DNA of 64,000 nt from an uncultured Nitrospiraceae bacterium (GTDB lineage: Bacteria; Nitrospirota; Nitrospiria; Nitrospirales; Nitrospiraceae), in assembly GCA_963730935.1 (NCBI GenBank), contig CAVSTP010000004.1:736001-800000 (forward strand). The letters run 5' to 3'. The notes beneath the pieces were generated by a model that made no database searches, was not told the DNA's origin, and saw nothing but the letters and a program-made list of their open reading frames with translations. Made by a program: the position numbers and the translations under genes. The stretch's first letter is position 1. Each line of letters starts with the position of its first letter. Positions 22,114-33,157 of this stretch are shown here, in pieces.

Positions 22114-23085
22114 TCAGGTGAAAGAGCGCGCCGCGTCCTTGGCGAAGTAGGTCAAAATGAGGTCTGCGCCGGCCCGCTTGATGGCCAGAAGCGATTCCAG
22201 CATGGCCCGCGATTCGTCCAGCCAGCCGGCCTTGCCGGCCGCCTTGATCATGCTGTATTCGCCGCTCACCTGGTAGGCGGCGACAGGCAGGCTCGTCTGC
22301 GCTCGGGCGGCGGCGATGATATCGAGATAGGGCAGCGCGGGTTTCACCATCACGATATCGGCGCCTTCCTCCACATCAAGCGCAATTTCCCGGAGGGCTT
22401 CACGACGGTTCGCCGGGTCCATTTGGTAGGATTGGCGATCACCGAACTGGGGAGCGGACCCCGCTGCGTCTCGGAACGGCGCATAAAAACAGGAAGCGAA
22501 TTTGGCGGCGTACGCCATGATCGGCAGTTCCGGATACCCCGCCAGGTCCAACTCGGACCTGATGGCTGCAACCCGTCCGTCCATCATATCCGACGGCGCG
22601 ACCATGTCGGCCCCCGATTCGGCATGCGTCTTGGCCATCGCACGCAAACACTCCAGCGTTTCATCATTCAGGATCTGGCCGTCCTTGACGATGCCGCAAT
22701 GGCCGTGAGTGGTGTATTCATCAATGCAGACATCCGTGATGACCAGCACGCCGGGGACATGGTCTTTCACGGTTTTGATCGCACGCTGGACAACCCCATT
22801 CGGATCGTAGCCCGATGTGCCGCGCTCGTCCTTGCGATCGGGAATGCCGAACAGCATGATCGCAGGAATGCCCAGCCCGGCCACCTCACCGGCTTCCTTG
22901 ACCAGCAGATCGATCGACAGTCTGAATTGCCCCGGCATCGAGGCGATCTCCCGCCGTTGATCTTTTCCTTCCATGACGAACATGGGATAAATCAAATCGG
23001 ACGGCGACAGGCGCGTCTCACGCACCATGCGGCGGAACGATTCGTGCTGCCGCAGCCGTCTGAGCCGTTGGATGGGAAAGGCCAT
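22114..23085 (-). CDS. hemB: Porphobilinogen synthase
   Basis: [39 protein letters not shown]. Confidence 0.98.
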   Translation of the reverse strand: MAFPIQRLRRLRQHESFRRMVRETRLSPSDLIYPMFVMEGKDQRREIASMPGQFRLSIDLLVKEAGEVAGLGIPAIMLFGIPDRKDERGTSGYDPNGVVQRAIKTVKDHVPGVLVITDVCIDEYTTHGHCGIVKDGQILNDETLECLRAMAKTHAESGADMVAPSDMMDGRVAAIRSELDLAGYPELPIMAYAAKFASCFYAPFRDAAGSAPQFGDRQSYQMDPANRREALREIALDVEEGADIVMVKPALPYLDIIAAARAQTSLPVAAYQVSGEYSMIKAAGKAGWLDESRAMLESLLAIKRAGADLILTYFAKDAARSFT

Positions 23086-23088
23086 GGC

Positions 23089-23481
23089 TTATTTCCTCGG
23101 CAGATTCGTCAAAAACACGACGAGATCGCGCACAGAAATCATCCCGACAAGCTTTCCGTCCCGTGATACGCCCAGATGGCGTACATGGGCCTGCGCCATC
23201 AAATCGTTCGCATCCAACAGCGTCTTGTTCTCCTCGATCATCAGGATCGGCGCAGACATGATCTGCTCGACCGTGGTCTTGTTGGGGTCGCTGCCGGACG
23301 CGACGATCCGCCGCAACATATCCGTGTCGGTGAGAATACCGATGATATCTTTTTGATTGGTGACGAACAAACTGCCGATACCGCGGTCGCGCATGATGCG
23401 CGCGGCAGCCTGCGCGTTCGTATCGCGTTCCACCGTGACGAATTTCTCCCTCGTGACCATGAACGATTTCACTGGAACCAT
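23089..23481 (-). CDS. CBS domain-pair protein
   Basis: GAGG RBS; two CBS repeats (GILTDTD, GMISVRD). Confidence 0.9.
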   Translation of the reverse strand: MVPVKSFMVTREKFVTVERDTNAQAAARIMRDRGIGSLFVTNQKDIIGILTDTDMLRRIVASGSDPNKTTVEQIMSAPILMIEENKTLLDANDLMAQAHVRHLGVSRDGKLVGMISVRDLVVFLTNLPRK

Positions 23482-23518
23482 GAAGACCTCCTGTACCTGG
23501 TAAGAGCGGCCGATGCGG

Positions 23519-25081
23519 TTATCGAGACGCAGGAACCGCCACGCGAGCCCCTTCGCTGTAGAATCGCACAATGGCCTGTGCCAAGGCCGGCACCGTATTT
23601 TCCCCCGGCATGATCGTCACCGGCAATCGAAATTCTTCTGCCGTCCGGGCGGTGATTGGCCCGATGCAGGCAATGGTTGTTTTCGTTCCCAGCCGGCGGG
23701 CTTCCTCAGCCCCGCCGATCAACTCGACGAAGTTGGACACCGTTGAGGAACTCGTAAACGTGATCACGTTAATCGCCCCTGCCAGAATCTGCTCCTTCAG
23801 CCGGCTCAAGCCGGATTCGGGAAGCACCGTCCGGTACACGGGGATCACATCCACTGTGGCCCCCTTGACCCGTAATTGCTCCGGCAGCATCTCGCGGGCC
23901 ATCTCGGCGCGCGGAATCAGAATCCTGGTCCCCCGCAGCTCGTGCTGGCTCAGCGCACTCACCATGCCTTCAGCCTGATATTCAGACGGAATGAGATCGG
24001 CGGTCAATCCGTATCGCGTCAGTTCGTCCGCAGTTCTCGGCCCGATGGCTCCAATCTGCAGATGCGCGAGCGCACGCACGTCTCTCCGAGCCTTGTTCAG
24101 CCGCTCCATAAAAGGAGCGATTCCATTGACGCTGGTAAACACCAGCCACGAATAGCTGCTGAGCTTCGCGATGGCCTGGTCAAGGGCGTCCCAACTGGGA
24201 GGTGGAACCATCTTGATGGTCGGCGCCACAATCGGTTCGCCGCCGTAGGCCGTCAACAGTCGGGCAAATTCTCCCGCCTGTTCCCGGGCGCGGGTGAGCA
24301 CGATACGCTTACCGAACAGCGGCCGCTTCTCGAACCAGTTCAACTGGTCCCGCAGCCTCACGACCTCTCCGACCACGATGACGGTCGGTGGTTCCAGTCC
24401 GGCTTCCGCCGTCTTGGTGACGATGTCTCGCAAGGTGCCGATGATCGTGCGTTGCTCTGCCTTCGTTCCCCACCGTATGGCTGCGACAGGCGTCTCGGCC
24501 GGTCTTCCGTCTTCGAGCAAACGCGCGACGATCATGGGTAGGGTTTTCATGCCCATCATGAAGACCAGCGTCCCGGACGTTGCTGCCAGCTTCGGCCAAT
24601 CAATGACGGTCGTGCCTTTGGAGGGATCTTCATGGCCGGTCACCACGGTCATTGTGGAGGCCAGGGTACGATGCGTGACAGGGATGCCTGCGTAGGCTGG
24701 AACGGCGACGGCGGCTGTCACGCCCGGCACGACTTCGAACGGCACTCCGGCTGCCGCAACGGCTTCGGCTTCTTCCCCGCCTCGCCCGAAGACGAAGGGA
24801 TCGCCGCCCTTCAACCGCACCACGACTTGCCCCGCCTGTGCGCGCTCGATCATCAATTGATTGATTTCCGTCTGGTCTTGGTACTGGCCGCGACCACGTC
24901 GTCCCACATAGACCCGCTGCGCATGGGCGGGCGCATGGTCCAGCAGCGCCGGATTCGCGAGGTAATCGTACAGGACGACGTCGGCCTGCTCAAGGCATTC
25001 CTTGCCCTTGACCGTCAACAGCCCTGGGTCTCCGGGACCTGCACCCACCAGATACACGATGCCGCGACGTGTACTAGTCAT
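23519..25081 (-). CDS. cobA: Uroporphyrinogen-III C-methyltransferase / uroporphyrinogen-III synthase fusion (CobA-HemD)
   Basis: [12 protein letters not shown] and [13 protein letters not shown], then a HemD domain (FTSVNG, FTSSSTV). Confidence 0.95.
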   Translation of the reverse strand: MTSTRRGIVYLVGAGPGDPGLLTVKGKECLEQADVVLYDYLANPALLDHAPAHAQRVYVGRRGRGQYQDQTEINQLMIERAQAGQVVVRLKGGDPFVFGRGGEEAEAVAAAGVPFEVVPGVTAAVAVPAYAGIPVTHRTLASTMTVVTGHEDPSKGTTVIDWPKLAATSGTLVFMMGMKTLPMIVARLLEDGRPAETPVAAIRWGTKAEQRTIIGTLRDIVTKTAEAGLEPPTVIVVGEVVRLRDQLNWFEKRPLFGKRIVLTRAREQAGEFARLLTAYGGEPIVAPTIKMVPPPSWDALDQAIAKLSSYSWLVFTSVNGIAPFMERLNKARRDVRALAHLQIGAIGPRTADELTRYGLTADLIPSEYQAEGMVSALSQHELRGTRILIPRAEMAREMLPEQLRVKGATVDVIPVYRTVLPESGLSRLKEQILAGAINVITFTSSSTVSNFVELIGGAEEARRLGTKTTIACIGPITARTAEEFRLPVTIMPGENTVPALAQAIVRFYSEGARVAVPASR

Positions 25082-26028
25082 GGAGCCGTTCCATAAACTG
25101 TCTGGAGTATCCGCTCGCCTCCCCGCGCAAGTAACCGCTCGGCAAGCTGGATGCCCATTGAGCGCGGATCATCAGCGGTGCCGGTGACACGATCGCGAAT
25201 AACTTCCTTGCCGTCGACGCTGGCCACCAACCCCTCGAGCACGACCTCGGAGCCGGTGATGGTGGCATGGGCTGCAATCGGGACCTGGCAGCCTCCCTGC
25301 AACCGGTGCAGTAAGGCGCGCTCGGCCATCACCGTGGTGCGCGTAGGCCCGTGTTCGAGCCTGCTCAGCACCTCGCGCACGAAGGCATCATCGCGTCTGC
25401 CCTCGATCCCCAATGCGCCCTGACCAATCGCCGGCAGACTGATCTCCGGTGCAAGGTACTCGGTAATTTCCCGTTCCCATCCCAAGCGGCGCAACCCCGC
25501 GGCAGCCAACACGATCGCATCGAACTGTCCCTCGCGCAATTTCCTCAATCGGGTATCCAGGTTGCCCCGCAGCATGCTAATCGAAAGATCCGGCCTGGCC
25601 TGGAGCAACTGGGCCTGACGCCTGAGACTGCTCGTCCCGACCCTCGCCCTCGGCGCCAAGTCCTTGAACCGTTTGCCATCGCGACTAATCAGGGCGTCGC
25701 GCGCGTCCTCGCGGAACGGGATACAGAGCAGATCCAATCCAGCGGGTAATTCGGTCGGTACATCCTTCATGCTATGAACGGCGAGATCGATGTCGCCTGA
25801 GAGCAAGGCTTCCTCGATTTCCTTGACGAACAATCCCTTGCCCCCGATCTTGGCCAGGGGCACGTCGAGGATTTTGTCGCCCGAGGTTTGGATCTGACGC
25901 AACGTGACGGTCACCTGGGGGACCAGTTCCTGGATCCGGGCTTGTACCCACTCGCTCTGATGAACCGCCAGCTTGCTGCCGCGCGTTCCCAGGACCAAGG
26001 TCGATCGCTTTTGCATCACTCCGGTCAT
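25078..26028 (-). CDS. hemC: Hydroxymethylbilane synthase
   Basis: GTRGSKLA, GGKGLFVKE, VHSMKD, GTSSLRR, GGCQVP. Confidence 0.97.
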   Translation of the reverse strand: MTGVMQKRSTLVLGTRGSKLAVHQSEWVQARIQELVPQVTVTLRQIQTSGDKILDVPLAKIGGKGLFVKEIEEALLSGDIDLAVHSMKDVPTELPAGLDLLCIPFREDARDALISRDGKRFKDLAPRARVGTSSLRRQAQLLQARPDLSISMLRGNLDTRLRKLREGQFDAIVLAAAGLRRLGWEREITEYLAPEISLPAIGQGALGIEGRRDDAFVREVLSRLEHGPTRTTVMAERALLHRLQGGCQVPIAAHATITGSEVVLEGLVASVDGKEVIRDRVTGTADDPRSMGIQLAERLLARGGERILQTVYGTAP

Positions 26029-26029
26029 G

Positions 26030-26371
26030 TCAGCGGTTCGCATCCGGCTCAGGAGGATAGACCAGCGGAGCATGACGGGCTCCGGGAAGTTTCTCGTCCG
26101 CCGACACGGAAGGCGCGAGACTCGTCGCGGCCGACGGCGGGCTGCTCGAAGCCGGTTCCATAATCAATGTGCGATAGGAGGACGACACGAGCAGGTAACT
26201 GATCAGGCCCAATACCGAGAGCAAATAGACCAGCACGTCCCATCGAAATCCACCCTTCACTCGGTAGTCGTAGCCGCAAGAGGGACAATCAGGCAGCGGA
26301 TCATGCCCCAAATACGCTTTACGGCATCTGGGACACGTGAACAGCTTCGGGCCTTTTCCTACCAACCCCAT
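26030..26371 (-). CDS. Small zinc-ribbon membrane protein (hypothetical)
   Basis: CPRC...CPSC followed by one TM helix; fits in the hem operon. Confidence 0.65.
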   Translation of the reverse strand: MGLVGKGPKLFTCPRCRKAYLGHDPLPDCPSCGYDYRVKGGFRWDVLVYLLSVLGLISYLLVSSSYRTLIMEPASSSPPSAATSLAPSVSADEKLPGARHAPLVYPPEPDANR

Positions 26372-26386
26372 GCGTTCTCCGCCGGA

Positions 26387-27721
26387 TTACCCGGGCTTGT
26401 TTGCGCTCGTTCGGGTCGTCGGCGCTTCAATCTCCAGGTCTTCGGGACTCGACACCTCAGCGAGATTGAAAAAGCGCCTGGCCGCTTCCACAAACGCCGC
26501 CCCGTCCGCCGAGGCCACCTCCGACTTGAGCGTGATCATCGTATTATGGATCAGCTTGTTCACAATGGATGACGCCATGGCCTCGACCAACGCGCGCTCT
26601 TGGGGTGCCAGGTGCGTGAGACGTCCGAGCACCTTTTCCACTTCAGCCCGCTTGATATCCTCGACCCGGCTTTTCAGCGCCACGATGGTCGGCGTGACCT
26701 CCAACGACTTTAGCCATTGCCGGACAGCGCCGACTTCCTCGATGACCATATGCTCGGCCTGCTCGGCCTCTTGCAGGCGCCCTCCGCGATTTTGCTCGAC
26801 TCGAAACTTGAGGTCGTCAATATCGAAGAGGAAGGCATTGTCGACGTGGCGGACCGCGGGATCAATGTTGCGCGGCACCGAGATGTCGATCAGAAACATG
26901 GGCCGATTCATGCGCTGCTTGACCGCTCGCTGCACGTCGTCGTTGCCCACGAGATAATGCGCAGCCCCGGTCGACACCAGCACGATATCGGCCGCCGCCA
27001 TTTCTTCACGAAACTGCTCAAAGGGAACGGCCGTCCCGCTGAACCGATCGGCCAGCGCAACCGCATGCTGAGGTGTCCTCGTGGTGACGCGCACGTGCCG
27101 CACACCGCTCGCGATGAAATGACGCGCTGCCAGCTTGGCCATTTCGCCAGCCCCCACCAGCAACACGGTCTTGTCCCGGAGATCGGAAAAGATTTTCTTC
27201 GCCAACTCGACTGCGGCATAGCTGACGGAGACGGCGGTTTCGGCGATCTTTGTATCGGTTCTTACCCGCTTGGCGACCGTGATCGCCTTCTTGACGACTT
27301 TATTGAGGATCAGGCCGGTCGTCTTGTGCGTCAGCGCCATCTCAAAGGCATCTTTGACCTGTCCGAGGATTTGGGATTCGCCGACCACCATCGAATCGAG
27401 GCTGCAGGCCACGCGGAACAGATGTGCGACGGCTCGGTCACCGGTTTGCCAATACAAATGAGGGGTCAACTGCTCCGATGCCACGGACAAATGGGCGTCA
27501 GCAAGAAATTCCTGAATGCGGCTGTACCCAGCCTCGAGTTCCTCCACGACCGCATAGACTTCGACCCGGTTGCAGGTCGACAACAGCATGCCTTCTTTAA
27601 TCCCTGAGTATCCGCAGAGCCTGGTGAGGGCCTCTCCGAGACGGCTCTCGGGAACAGCCAACCTTTCCCGGATCTCGACAGGTGCGGTTTTATGGCTGAG
27701 TCCGACGACGACGATGTGCAT
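26387..27721 (-). CDS. hemA: Glutamyl-tRNA reductase
   Basis: HKTAPVEIRE, STCNRVE, GESQILGQ, GAGEM, DISVPRN. Confidence 0.98.
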   Translation of the reverse strand: MHIVVVGLSHKTAPVEIRERLAVPESRLGEALTRLCGYSGIKEGMLLSTCNRVEVYAVVEELEAGYSRIQEFLADAHLSVASEQLTPHLYWQTGDRAVAHLFRVACSLDSMVVGESQILGQVKDAFEMALTHKTTGLILNKVVKKAITVAKRVRTDTKIAETAVSVSYAAVELAKKIFSDLRDKTVLLVGAGEMAKLAARHFIASGVRHVRVTTRTPQHAVALADRFSGTAVPFEQFREEMAAADIVLVSTGAAHYLVGNDDVQRAVKQRMNRPMFLIDISVPRNIDPAVRHVDNAFLFDIDDLKFRVEQNRGGRLQEAEQAEHMVIEEVGAVRQWLKSLEVTPTIVALKSRVEDIKRAEVEKVLGRLTHLAPQERALVEAMASSIVNKLIHNTMITLKSEVASADGAAFVEAARRFFNLAEVSSPEDLEIEAPTTRTSANKPG

Positions 27722-27722
27722 A

Positions 27723-28526
27723 TCAGGACACCGACCCGAAACTCTTGATGGCGACACCTACTAATGTAAGGACCACGCCGGCAAACCCGATAATCGTCAG
27801 ATAGGCCGCACGTTTGGCCCGCCAACCGACAGTCAGCCGCCCGACCAGAACGACGAAGTAGAAAAGCCAGGTCACGAGCGCCCACGTCTGTTCCGGATTC
27901 CAATTCACGTAGGTGCCGCGAGCAAATTCGGCAGAGATCGCCCCGGTGATGATTCCCAGCGTGAGGAGAGGGAAGCCCAAGACGATCGATTGTTGATTCA
28001 AATCGTCGAGAAAATCCAAGGCGGGCAATTTGGAGTAGAGCACGTTGAATCGCTTTGACTTGAGAAGTCCATCTTGAATCAGATACATGACACCCGCGAC
28101 GAAAGCCACGGCAAAGCCGACGGTGCCGAGCATACTCAACGTGACATGGACCCAGAGCGTCCGAAACACCGGCTGAAGGGTCGGCACCGTGTCGGGCAGC
28201 GCCGCGGCCGACACCAAGGAGACCAGCGCCAGCGGGACAATAAATGATCCCAGCACGTGAAGGCGATGACGGAATTCCACGGCGAGAAAGACAAGGATGA
28301 GCATCCAGGAGAAAAAGGATAAGGCTTCATGAATGCTCGGACTCGAAGCTCCCGGCCCTGTCAGCATCCGTGTGACCAGTGCGACCGTATGCGTGGCAAA
28401 GCCGACCGCCGTAATGGTCAGAGCAAAGGTGGACAGGGCATCCGCCCGGCGAACCAACAATGCGAGGAAGGACACCGTGGCGGCAAAATACAGCGCCATA
28501 GTGACCATGAAAAACACGGCGGCCAT
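27723..28526 (-). CDS. Cytochrome c assembly protein (CcsA/HemX-like)
   Basis: About 8 TM helices, conserved His, WNPEQTW (WWD-like) motif; upstream of hemA. Confidence 0.85.
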   Translation of the reverse strand: MAAVFFMVTMALYFAATVSFLALLVRRADALSTFALTITAVGFATHTVALVTRMLTGPGASSPSIHEALSFFSWMLILVFLAVEFRHRLHVLGSFIVPLALVSLVSAAALPDTVPTLQPVFRTLWVHVTLSMLGTVGFAVAFVAGVMYLIQDGLLKSKRFNVLYSKLPALDFLDDLNQQSIVLGFPLLTLGIITGAISAEFARGTYVNWNPEQTWALVTWLFYFVVLVGRLTVGWRAKRAAYLTIIGFAGVVLTLVGVAIKSFGSVS

Positions 28527-28587
28527 GAGGTCTATCCCCTGAACTTTTCAGGACAATTGGCCTGGGTAAGTGCGTAGAATTATATCG

Positions 28588-29331
28588 ATGAGGCGTCAAA
28601 GGAGTCAACAAACCTCTCGCAACGCGTCCAGTTCCGAGCACAATCGTCGTTACACCGGCACGCTCTTCATCGTCGGGACGCCGATCGGATCACTGGACGA
28701 CCTGACCCTCCGTGCCCGGACCATCCTCGGACGGGTTTCCGTTGTGGCGGCAGAAACTCCGCTGGCCACTCGAGCGCTCCTCGACCATCACGGGATTGCT
28801 GCAACCATCACCGGTTACACAGGCGACGAAGAAAAAATCGCCGTCCTCCTCGACCGGCTCGATGCCGGGCACGATATCGCTCTTGTATCCGACAGCGGTA
28901 TGCCGGTCATCTATGATCCCGGCCGACTGTTGATCTCTGCCGCACGGACGTCCGGATTCCAGGTGACGGTGATTCCCGGGCCGTCGGCCTTGACCGCTGC
29001 TGCGGCGCTTTCGGGCGAGAGCGCCGACCGGCTGTTGTTCCTTGGCCGATTGCCTCAGTCCGCTCAGCGGCTTGACGGGCTTTTCAGGGAACTCCGACGC
29101 GAAGTCGGAACCACCGTGATGTTTGCGCCGTCCTCCGCGCTTCCACGTATTCTCAAGCGCATGCGCCGCATCCTGCCTGACCGGAAGCTCACGCTGGCCG
29201 TAGACATGACAACAGCTGATGAACGCCTGCATCAAGGAGACGCGAGCGCCCTCCTCCAGCAGGTCCACTCCTTCTCAAAGGACTCGGAAGTCACGCTGGT
29301 GCTGTCGGGTGCACGGAAGGTACGGAAGTGA
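28588..29331 (+). CDS. rsmI: 16S rRNA (cytidine1402-2'-O)-methyltransferase
   Basis: LFIVGTPIGSLDDLTLRA, LVSDSGMPVIYDPG, IPGPSA. Confidence 0.88.
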   Translation: MRRQRSQQTSRNASSSEHNRRYTGTLFIVGTPIGSLDDLTLRARTILGRVSVVAAETPLATRALLDHHGIAATITGYTGDEEKIAVLLDRLDAGHDIALVSDSGMPVIYDPGRLLISAARTSGFQVTVIPGPSALTAAAALSGESADRLLFLGRLPQSAQRLDGLFRELRREVGTTVMFAPSSALPRILKRMRRILPDRKLTLAVDMTTADERLHQGDASALLQQVHSFSKDSEVTLVLSGARKVRK

Positions 29332-29332
29332 A

Positions 29333-29581
29333 TTATTGCCGTCGGATCATGACTCGGTAGGATGCGTCGAGCGGCTCTTGGGAAAGGACTTCATGTCCCT
29401 CATTGCTGACGCTCATCGGCACATTGCGGATGGGATCGCCGGCGTCGAGAATGACGGAGAGAATCTGCCCTTGTTCCATGGTCTCAAGCTTTAATTTCGT
29501 CTTGACGAAGTTGTACGGGCAGATCACCCCGCGCAAATCCAATTCGGCGTCCGGTCGCACCGCTTGTTCCTGCTCGCTCAT
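29333..29581 (-). CDS. TusA/SirA-family sulfurtransferase
   Basis: LDLRGVICPYNFVKTK motif. Confidence 0.9.
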   Translation of the reverse strand: MSEQEQAVRPDAELDLRGVICPYNFVKTKLKLETMEQGQILSVILDAGDPIRNVPMSVSNEGHEVLSQEPLDASYRVMIRRQ

Positions 29582-29660
29582 GCACTCTCCAATCGCGTTC
29601 ACGAAAATCGTATCAAGGAGTCGGTCCCGCCGCAACGGCCTTTGCGTACGCCGATATTAA

Positions 29661-29690
29661 TAAAAAGGGGCAGCCTTGCGGCTGCCCCTT
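29661..29690 (-). terminator. Intrinsic terminator
   Basis: AAGGGGCAGCC-loop-GGCTGCCCCTT with a U-tract on the minus strand. Confidence 0.8.
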
Positions 29691-29715
29691 CTCTCAGTCC
29701 GACCGAGTTGTCTAC

Positions 29716-30480
29716 TTACTGCAGACCCTTGATCAAGTTCGGCTTCGCCACCTCAGTTCCGTAGTCTGATTTGTTCTGTATCTTGGTCTCCGGCGCAACC
29801 GTCTGATAGCCCCATCCCGGCTGCGGTTCACAGTTCCAGCAAGGTGCTGCACCGGTGAACTCGCCGATCGTGGTGCTGATCGATCCACCGGTCGCCGTGC
29901 CGGGAAGCACTCCGCCGCTGATGCCGCCGGTGACTCCACCGCTGTTCGTGACAATGCCGCGCTCGGTCATCGGATTCGGCCGCTGACCCAAACCACCGAA
30001 TCCTGCGAGCTTCTCGTTCCCACGCATGACGCTGATGTCACGAACCAGCTTGCGGCCGGTGCCGAAAGGCTGGCCTGCGGTCGTTTCCTCGAACACTTGC
30101 ACAATGACATCGTCGCCGGCTTCCAGTGTGCGAACTTGATCCATGTTGGTCTTGTCATCGAGATACACGGTGCGATAATTCATCGCACCCCCGCCCGCAC
30201 GACCCTCATCGTGAGAGCTGCCGCCGCTTTCCAGGTGCAACTTTTTGCCGGGAAGATCGACGCCCAACACACGACCATACACGGTTTCCGCCTGCGACAA
30301 CCGCTCAAGGAAGCTCGAACGATCAAACACATTTACGCGCGTGCTATTTCCAGATACGTCACCGACGCCTTCGCCCACGCCCATTCCGGATTGGTTGCTC
30401 TGCAACCGCTCCTGGGCGACCGCTACACTCACGGAGCCGACAAAGAGAATTGCCGCTCCTAGCGCCAACACCTTACGCAT
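29716..30480 (-). CDS. Secreted/periplasmic Gly-rich hypothetical protein
   Basis: GGAGG RBS, signal peptide (AVA-Q), CWNC motif; has its own promoter and terminator. Confidence 0.8.
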   Translation of the reverse strand: MRKVLALGAAILFVGSVSVAVAQERLQSNQSGMGVGEGVGDVSGNSTRVNVFDRSSFLERLSQAETVYGRVLGVDLPGKKLHLESGGSSHDEGRAGGGAMNYRTVYLDDKTNMDQVRTLEAGDDVIVQVFEETTAGQPFGTGRKLVRDISVMRGNEKLAGFGGLGQRPNPMTERGIVTNSGGVTGGISGGVLPGTATGGSISTTIGEFTGAAPCWNCEPQPGWGYQTVAPETKIQNKSDYGTEVAKPNLIKGLQ

Positions 30481-30585
30481 GTGCTGCCTCCTTGGTGAGT
30501 TAGAAAATAAATGTAATGACGGACAACAGGACAGGACGATAGATGACCGATGAAATCGTTTTATTTTCATGACACTAGGGGCCGG

Positions 30586-30614
30586 ATGATAGGCCAGTCC
30601 AAAAAACAAGTCAA
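30586..30614 (-). promoter_or_regulatory. Sigma70-type promoter TTGACT-17-TATCAT
   Basis: Near-consensus match upstream of 30480. Confidence 0.65.
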
Positions 30615-30636
30615 GAGGGGAAACCATGGTACCAGA

Positions 30637-30723
30637 TGGTGCCCGGAGGGAGGGTCGAACTCCCACTCTCTTGCGAGAACCGGATTTTGAGTCCGGCGCG
30701 TCTGCCAGTTCCGCCATCCGGGC
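30637..30723 (-). tRNA. tRNA-Leu(CAA)
   Basis: GCCCGGATGGCGGAACTGGCAGACGCGCCGGACTCAAAATCCGG...GTTCGACCCTCCCTCCGGGCACCA with a long variable arm. Confidence 0.97.
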
Positions 30724-30866
30724 AAAGTGAAGGGGGGCCACTTCTAACATGAAGTTTCATAAGGGTCAATCGCCGGAGGCTCTAGGGTCTCCCTCTTTTC
30801 TTTGGAACCAGGGCGATGCTACAATCTCCGCAGAAGTTGGCTTCATTCAAGGAGGATTGAGACACT

Positions 30867-31148
30867 ATGACTCAAGTCCAGTGCGTCACGTGCGGACAGG
30901 CTGGTGAACCGATCACGGATCCCCTATTCATGGGAAAACTTGAAACAGAGATTAAATCCAAGGTCTGCAAACCCTGCTGGAAAAAATGGGAATCCATGCG
31001 GGTCATGGTGATTAACGAGTATCAGGTCAACCTGGGCGATGAGAGCGGGCGTGAACTGGTGAAGAAGCAGATGAAGGCGTTTTTAAAACTCGAGGGCGAG
31101 CAAACGGACACCTCCAAACTGGATCAAAACTATCGCCCGCAAACCTGA
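30867..31148 (+). CDS. Fe(II)-trafficking / oxidative damage protection protein (YggX-like)
   Basis: VCKPCWKKW...MVINEYQVNL...R..VKKQMKAFL; GGAGG RBS. Confidence 0.8.
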   Translation: MTQVQCVTCGQAGEPITDPLFMGKLETEIKSKVCKPCWKKWESMRVMVINEYQVNLGDESGRELVKKQMKAFLKLEGEQTDTSKLDQNYRPQT

Positions 31149-31311
31149 CCGCGGTCCTTCTACCGCGGTAGCGTACTCCTGGGATGCCTGGCTTGCCGAT
31201 TTTCCTCTTGGATCTCGCCAGGTTCGTTGACAGGCCAAATTCAAAAATGATAGGGTGCAAAATTCCTTTTGTGTCCAGATAATTTCGCGCGTTCGGGGAG
31301 CGTCGTTTACC

Positions 31312-31767
31312 GTGATTACCCAAATGCATCTCAAGGGGTTGATGTTCGACCCCTATAACAACGCCTACATTGTCGTACTACGCGACGAAGACGGGCACGA
31401 AATGCTCCCTATTTGGGTAGGCAAAGCGGAGGCCGGCGCCATCAGCATGGCGCTTGAAAACGTTGCCCCTCCCCGTCCGATGACGCACGACTTTATGAAA
31501 TCGATCCTCGATGCCTATGACGCCAAAGTGATCAGCGTGGTCATCACGGATCTCAACGAGAACACCTATTTCGCAAAAATCCATCTCATGTACCAAGACT
31601 CGGAATACACGGTCGATGCGCGTCCCAGCGATGCCATCGCGCTCGCGTTGCGCTCCAACGCGCCGGTGTTTGCCAAGGAATCCGTGCTCAACAAGCAGAG
31701 CTCTGAAGAACTGGAGCAGTGGCTGGAAAACTTGAAGCCCGAAGATTTCGGGAAATTGGATTCGTGA
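31312..31767 (+). CDS. Bifunctional nuclease family (DUF151) protein
   Basis: [30 protein letters not shown]. Confidence 0.92.
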   Translation: MITQMHLKGLMFDPYNNAYIVVLRDEDGHEMLPIWVGKAEAGAISMALENVAPPRPMTHDFMKSILDAYDAKVISVVITDLNENTYFAKIHLMYQDSEYTVDARPSDAIALALRSNAPVFAKESVLNKQSSEELEQWLENLKPEDFGKLDS

Positions 31768-32267
31768 TGGCCCAGACCAACCCTGCTTCCCAACAACGAC
31801 TGGTCGAATACGCCGTGGATCGCGTGCTCGACGAGACCAACACTGATACCAAAATCCTGGTGCTCGCCCGTCAGGACGGCCATCCCGACAGCTTTCCGAT
31901 CTGGATCGGCGCAGCGGAAGGCCATGCCATCAAGCTGGCGCTCGACACGACGTTGACGCCTCGGCCGATGAGCCATGATCTGGTCAAAAGTTTTATGGAA
32001 CACCTGAATGTCAGCGTCCGTCGCGTCATCATCGGGGACGTGAAGAACAGCACCTATTACGCGACCGTGTACCTCGAGAACAACGGCGTGGAGCGAACGG
32101 TGGATGCCAGGCCGAGCGATGCCATCTCACTGGCCTTGCGGACCAGGGCGCCATTGTATGTCAGCGAAGATGTGCTGGCCCGGCGCAACACCGCCAATCT
32201 CGAGTCATGGCTGGCCAAACAGGATGTGAAGGGCAGCAGTAAGCAGCCGGAAGTGCAGGAATCGTGA
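31767..32267 (+). CDS. Bifunctional nuclease family (DUF151) protein, second paralog
   Basis: [35 protein letters not shown] coupling. Confidence 0.92.
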   Translation: MAQTNPASQQRLVEYAVDRVLDETNTDTKILVLARQDGHPDSFPIWIGAAEGHAIKLALDTTLTPRPMSHDLVKSFMEHLNVSVRRVIIGDVKNSTYYATVYLENNGVERTVDARPSDAISLALRTRAPLYVSEDVLARRNTANLESWLAKQDVKGSSKQPEVQES

Positions 32268-32298
32268 TTCATTCGTTGTGAAGGAGCGCGGAAAGAGG

Positions 32299-32730
32299 AT
32301 GTCGACCTACTTACAGAAACCAGCCGAAGTGCAAGAGAAATGGTACCTCGTGGACGCCGAAGGCAAGACCCTGGGGCGGCTTGCGGCCAGGGTGGCAGGC
32401 ATGCTTCGGGGCAAGCATCGACCGACGTTCACCCCGAACGTGGACATGGGCGATCATGTGGTCATCATCAACGCTGAGAAAATCCATTTGACCGGCGATA
32501 AGATGGACACCAAGCTCTATCGCAGCCACTCGGGTTACCCGGGCGGCTTAAAGACCGCGACGGCCAAGCACGTGTTCCGCAAAGATCCAACGAGACTCCT
32601 TGTCGAGGCGATTGAAGGCATGCTGCCCAAAACTCCTCTCGGCAACCACATGGCCAAGAAGCTTCGAGTCTATGCCGGCGCGACCCATCCCCATCAAGCG
32701 CAAAATCCGGAAACGATCACACTGATTTAG
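32299..32730 (+). CDS. rplM: 50S ribosomal protein L13
   Basis: [28 protein letters not shown]. Confidence 0.98.
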   Translation: MSTYLQKPAEVQEKWYLVDAEGKTLGRLAARVAGMLRGKHRPTFTPNVDMGDHVVIINAEKIHLTGDKMDTKLYRSHSGYPGGLKTATAKHVFRKDPTRLLVEAIEGMLPKTPLGNHMAKKLRVYAGATHPHQAQNPETITLI

Positions 32731-32745
32731 AAGAGGAGAGACAGC

Positions 32746-33138
32746 ATGGCAGTCGTAACTGAATACGCAACTGGAAGGCGCAAATGTGCGATCGCCCGCG
32801 CCTGGGTCACCGGCACGGCGGGTGATATCACCGTCAACGGCCAACCGCTCGAAAAGGCATTTCCCCCCCTCACGCTGCGGCAGATCATTCAACTCCCGCT
32901 CGAGATGGCGGGCGTGTCAGGGAAATTTTCGATCAAGGCGACCGTTCACGGCGGTGGACCGACAGGGCAAGCCGGCGCGTTGCGTCACGCCATCGCCCGG
33001 GCGTTGGTGAGCTTGAGCCAGCCGCTCCGTGCCCCGCTGAAGAAGGAAGGTCTGCTGACCCGCGACTCACGAGTGAAAGAGCGCAAGAAGTACGGACAGA
33101 AGGGCGCCAGAAAGCGGTTCCAATACTCCAAACGATAA
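32746..33138 (+). CDS. rpsI: 30S ribosomal protein S9
   Basis: TGRRK, GGGPTGQAGA, ERKKYG...QYSKR. Confidence 0.98.
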   Translation: MAVVTEYATGRRKCAIARAWVTGTAGDITVNGQPLEKAFPPLTLRQIIQLPLEMAGVSGKFSIKATVHGGGPTGQAGALRHAIARALVSLSQPLRAPLKKEGLLTRDSRVKERKKYGQKGARKRFQYSKR

Positions 33139-33157
33139 GACGCCTGAGCCGCATGAC

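Noticed and set aside
30480..30750. N-terminal extension of ORF 29716-30750
   Set aside because: It runs through tRNA-Leu; the real start is at 30480 with an RBS and signal peptide.
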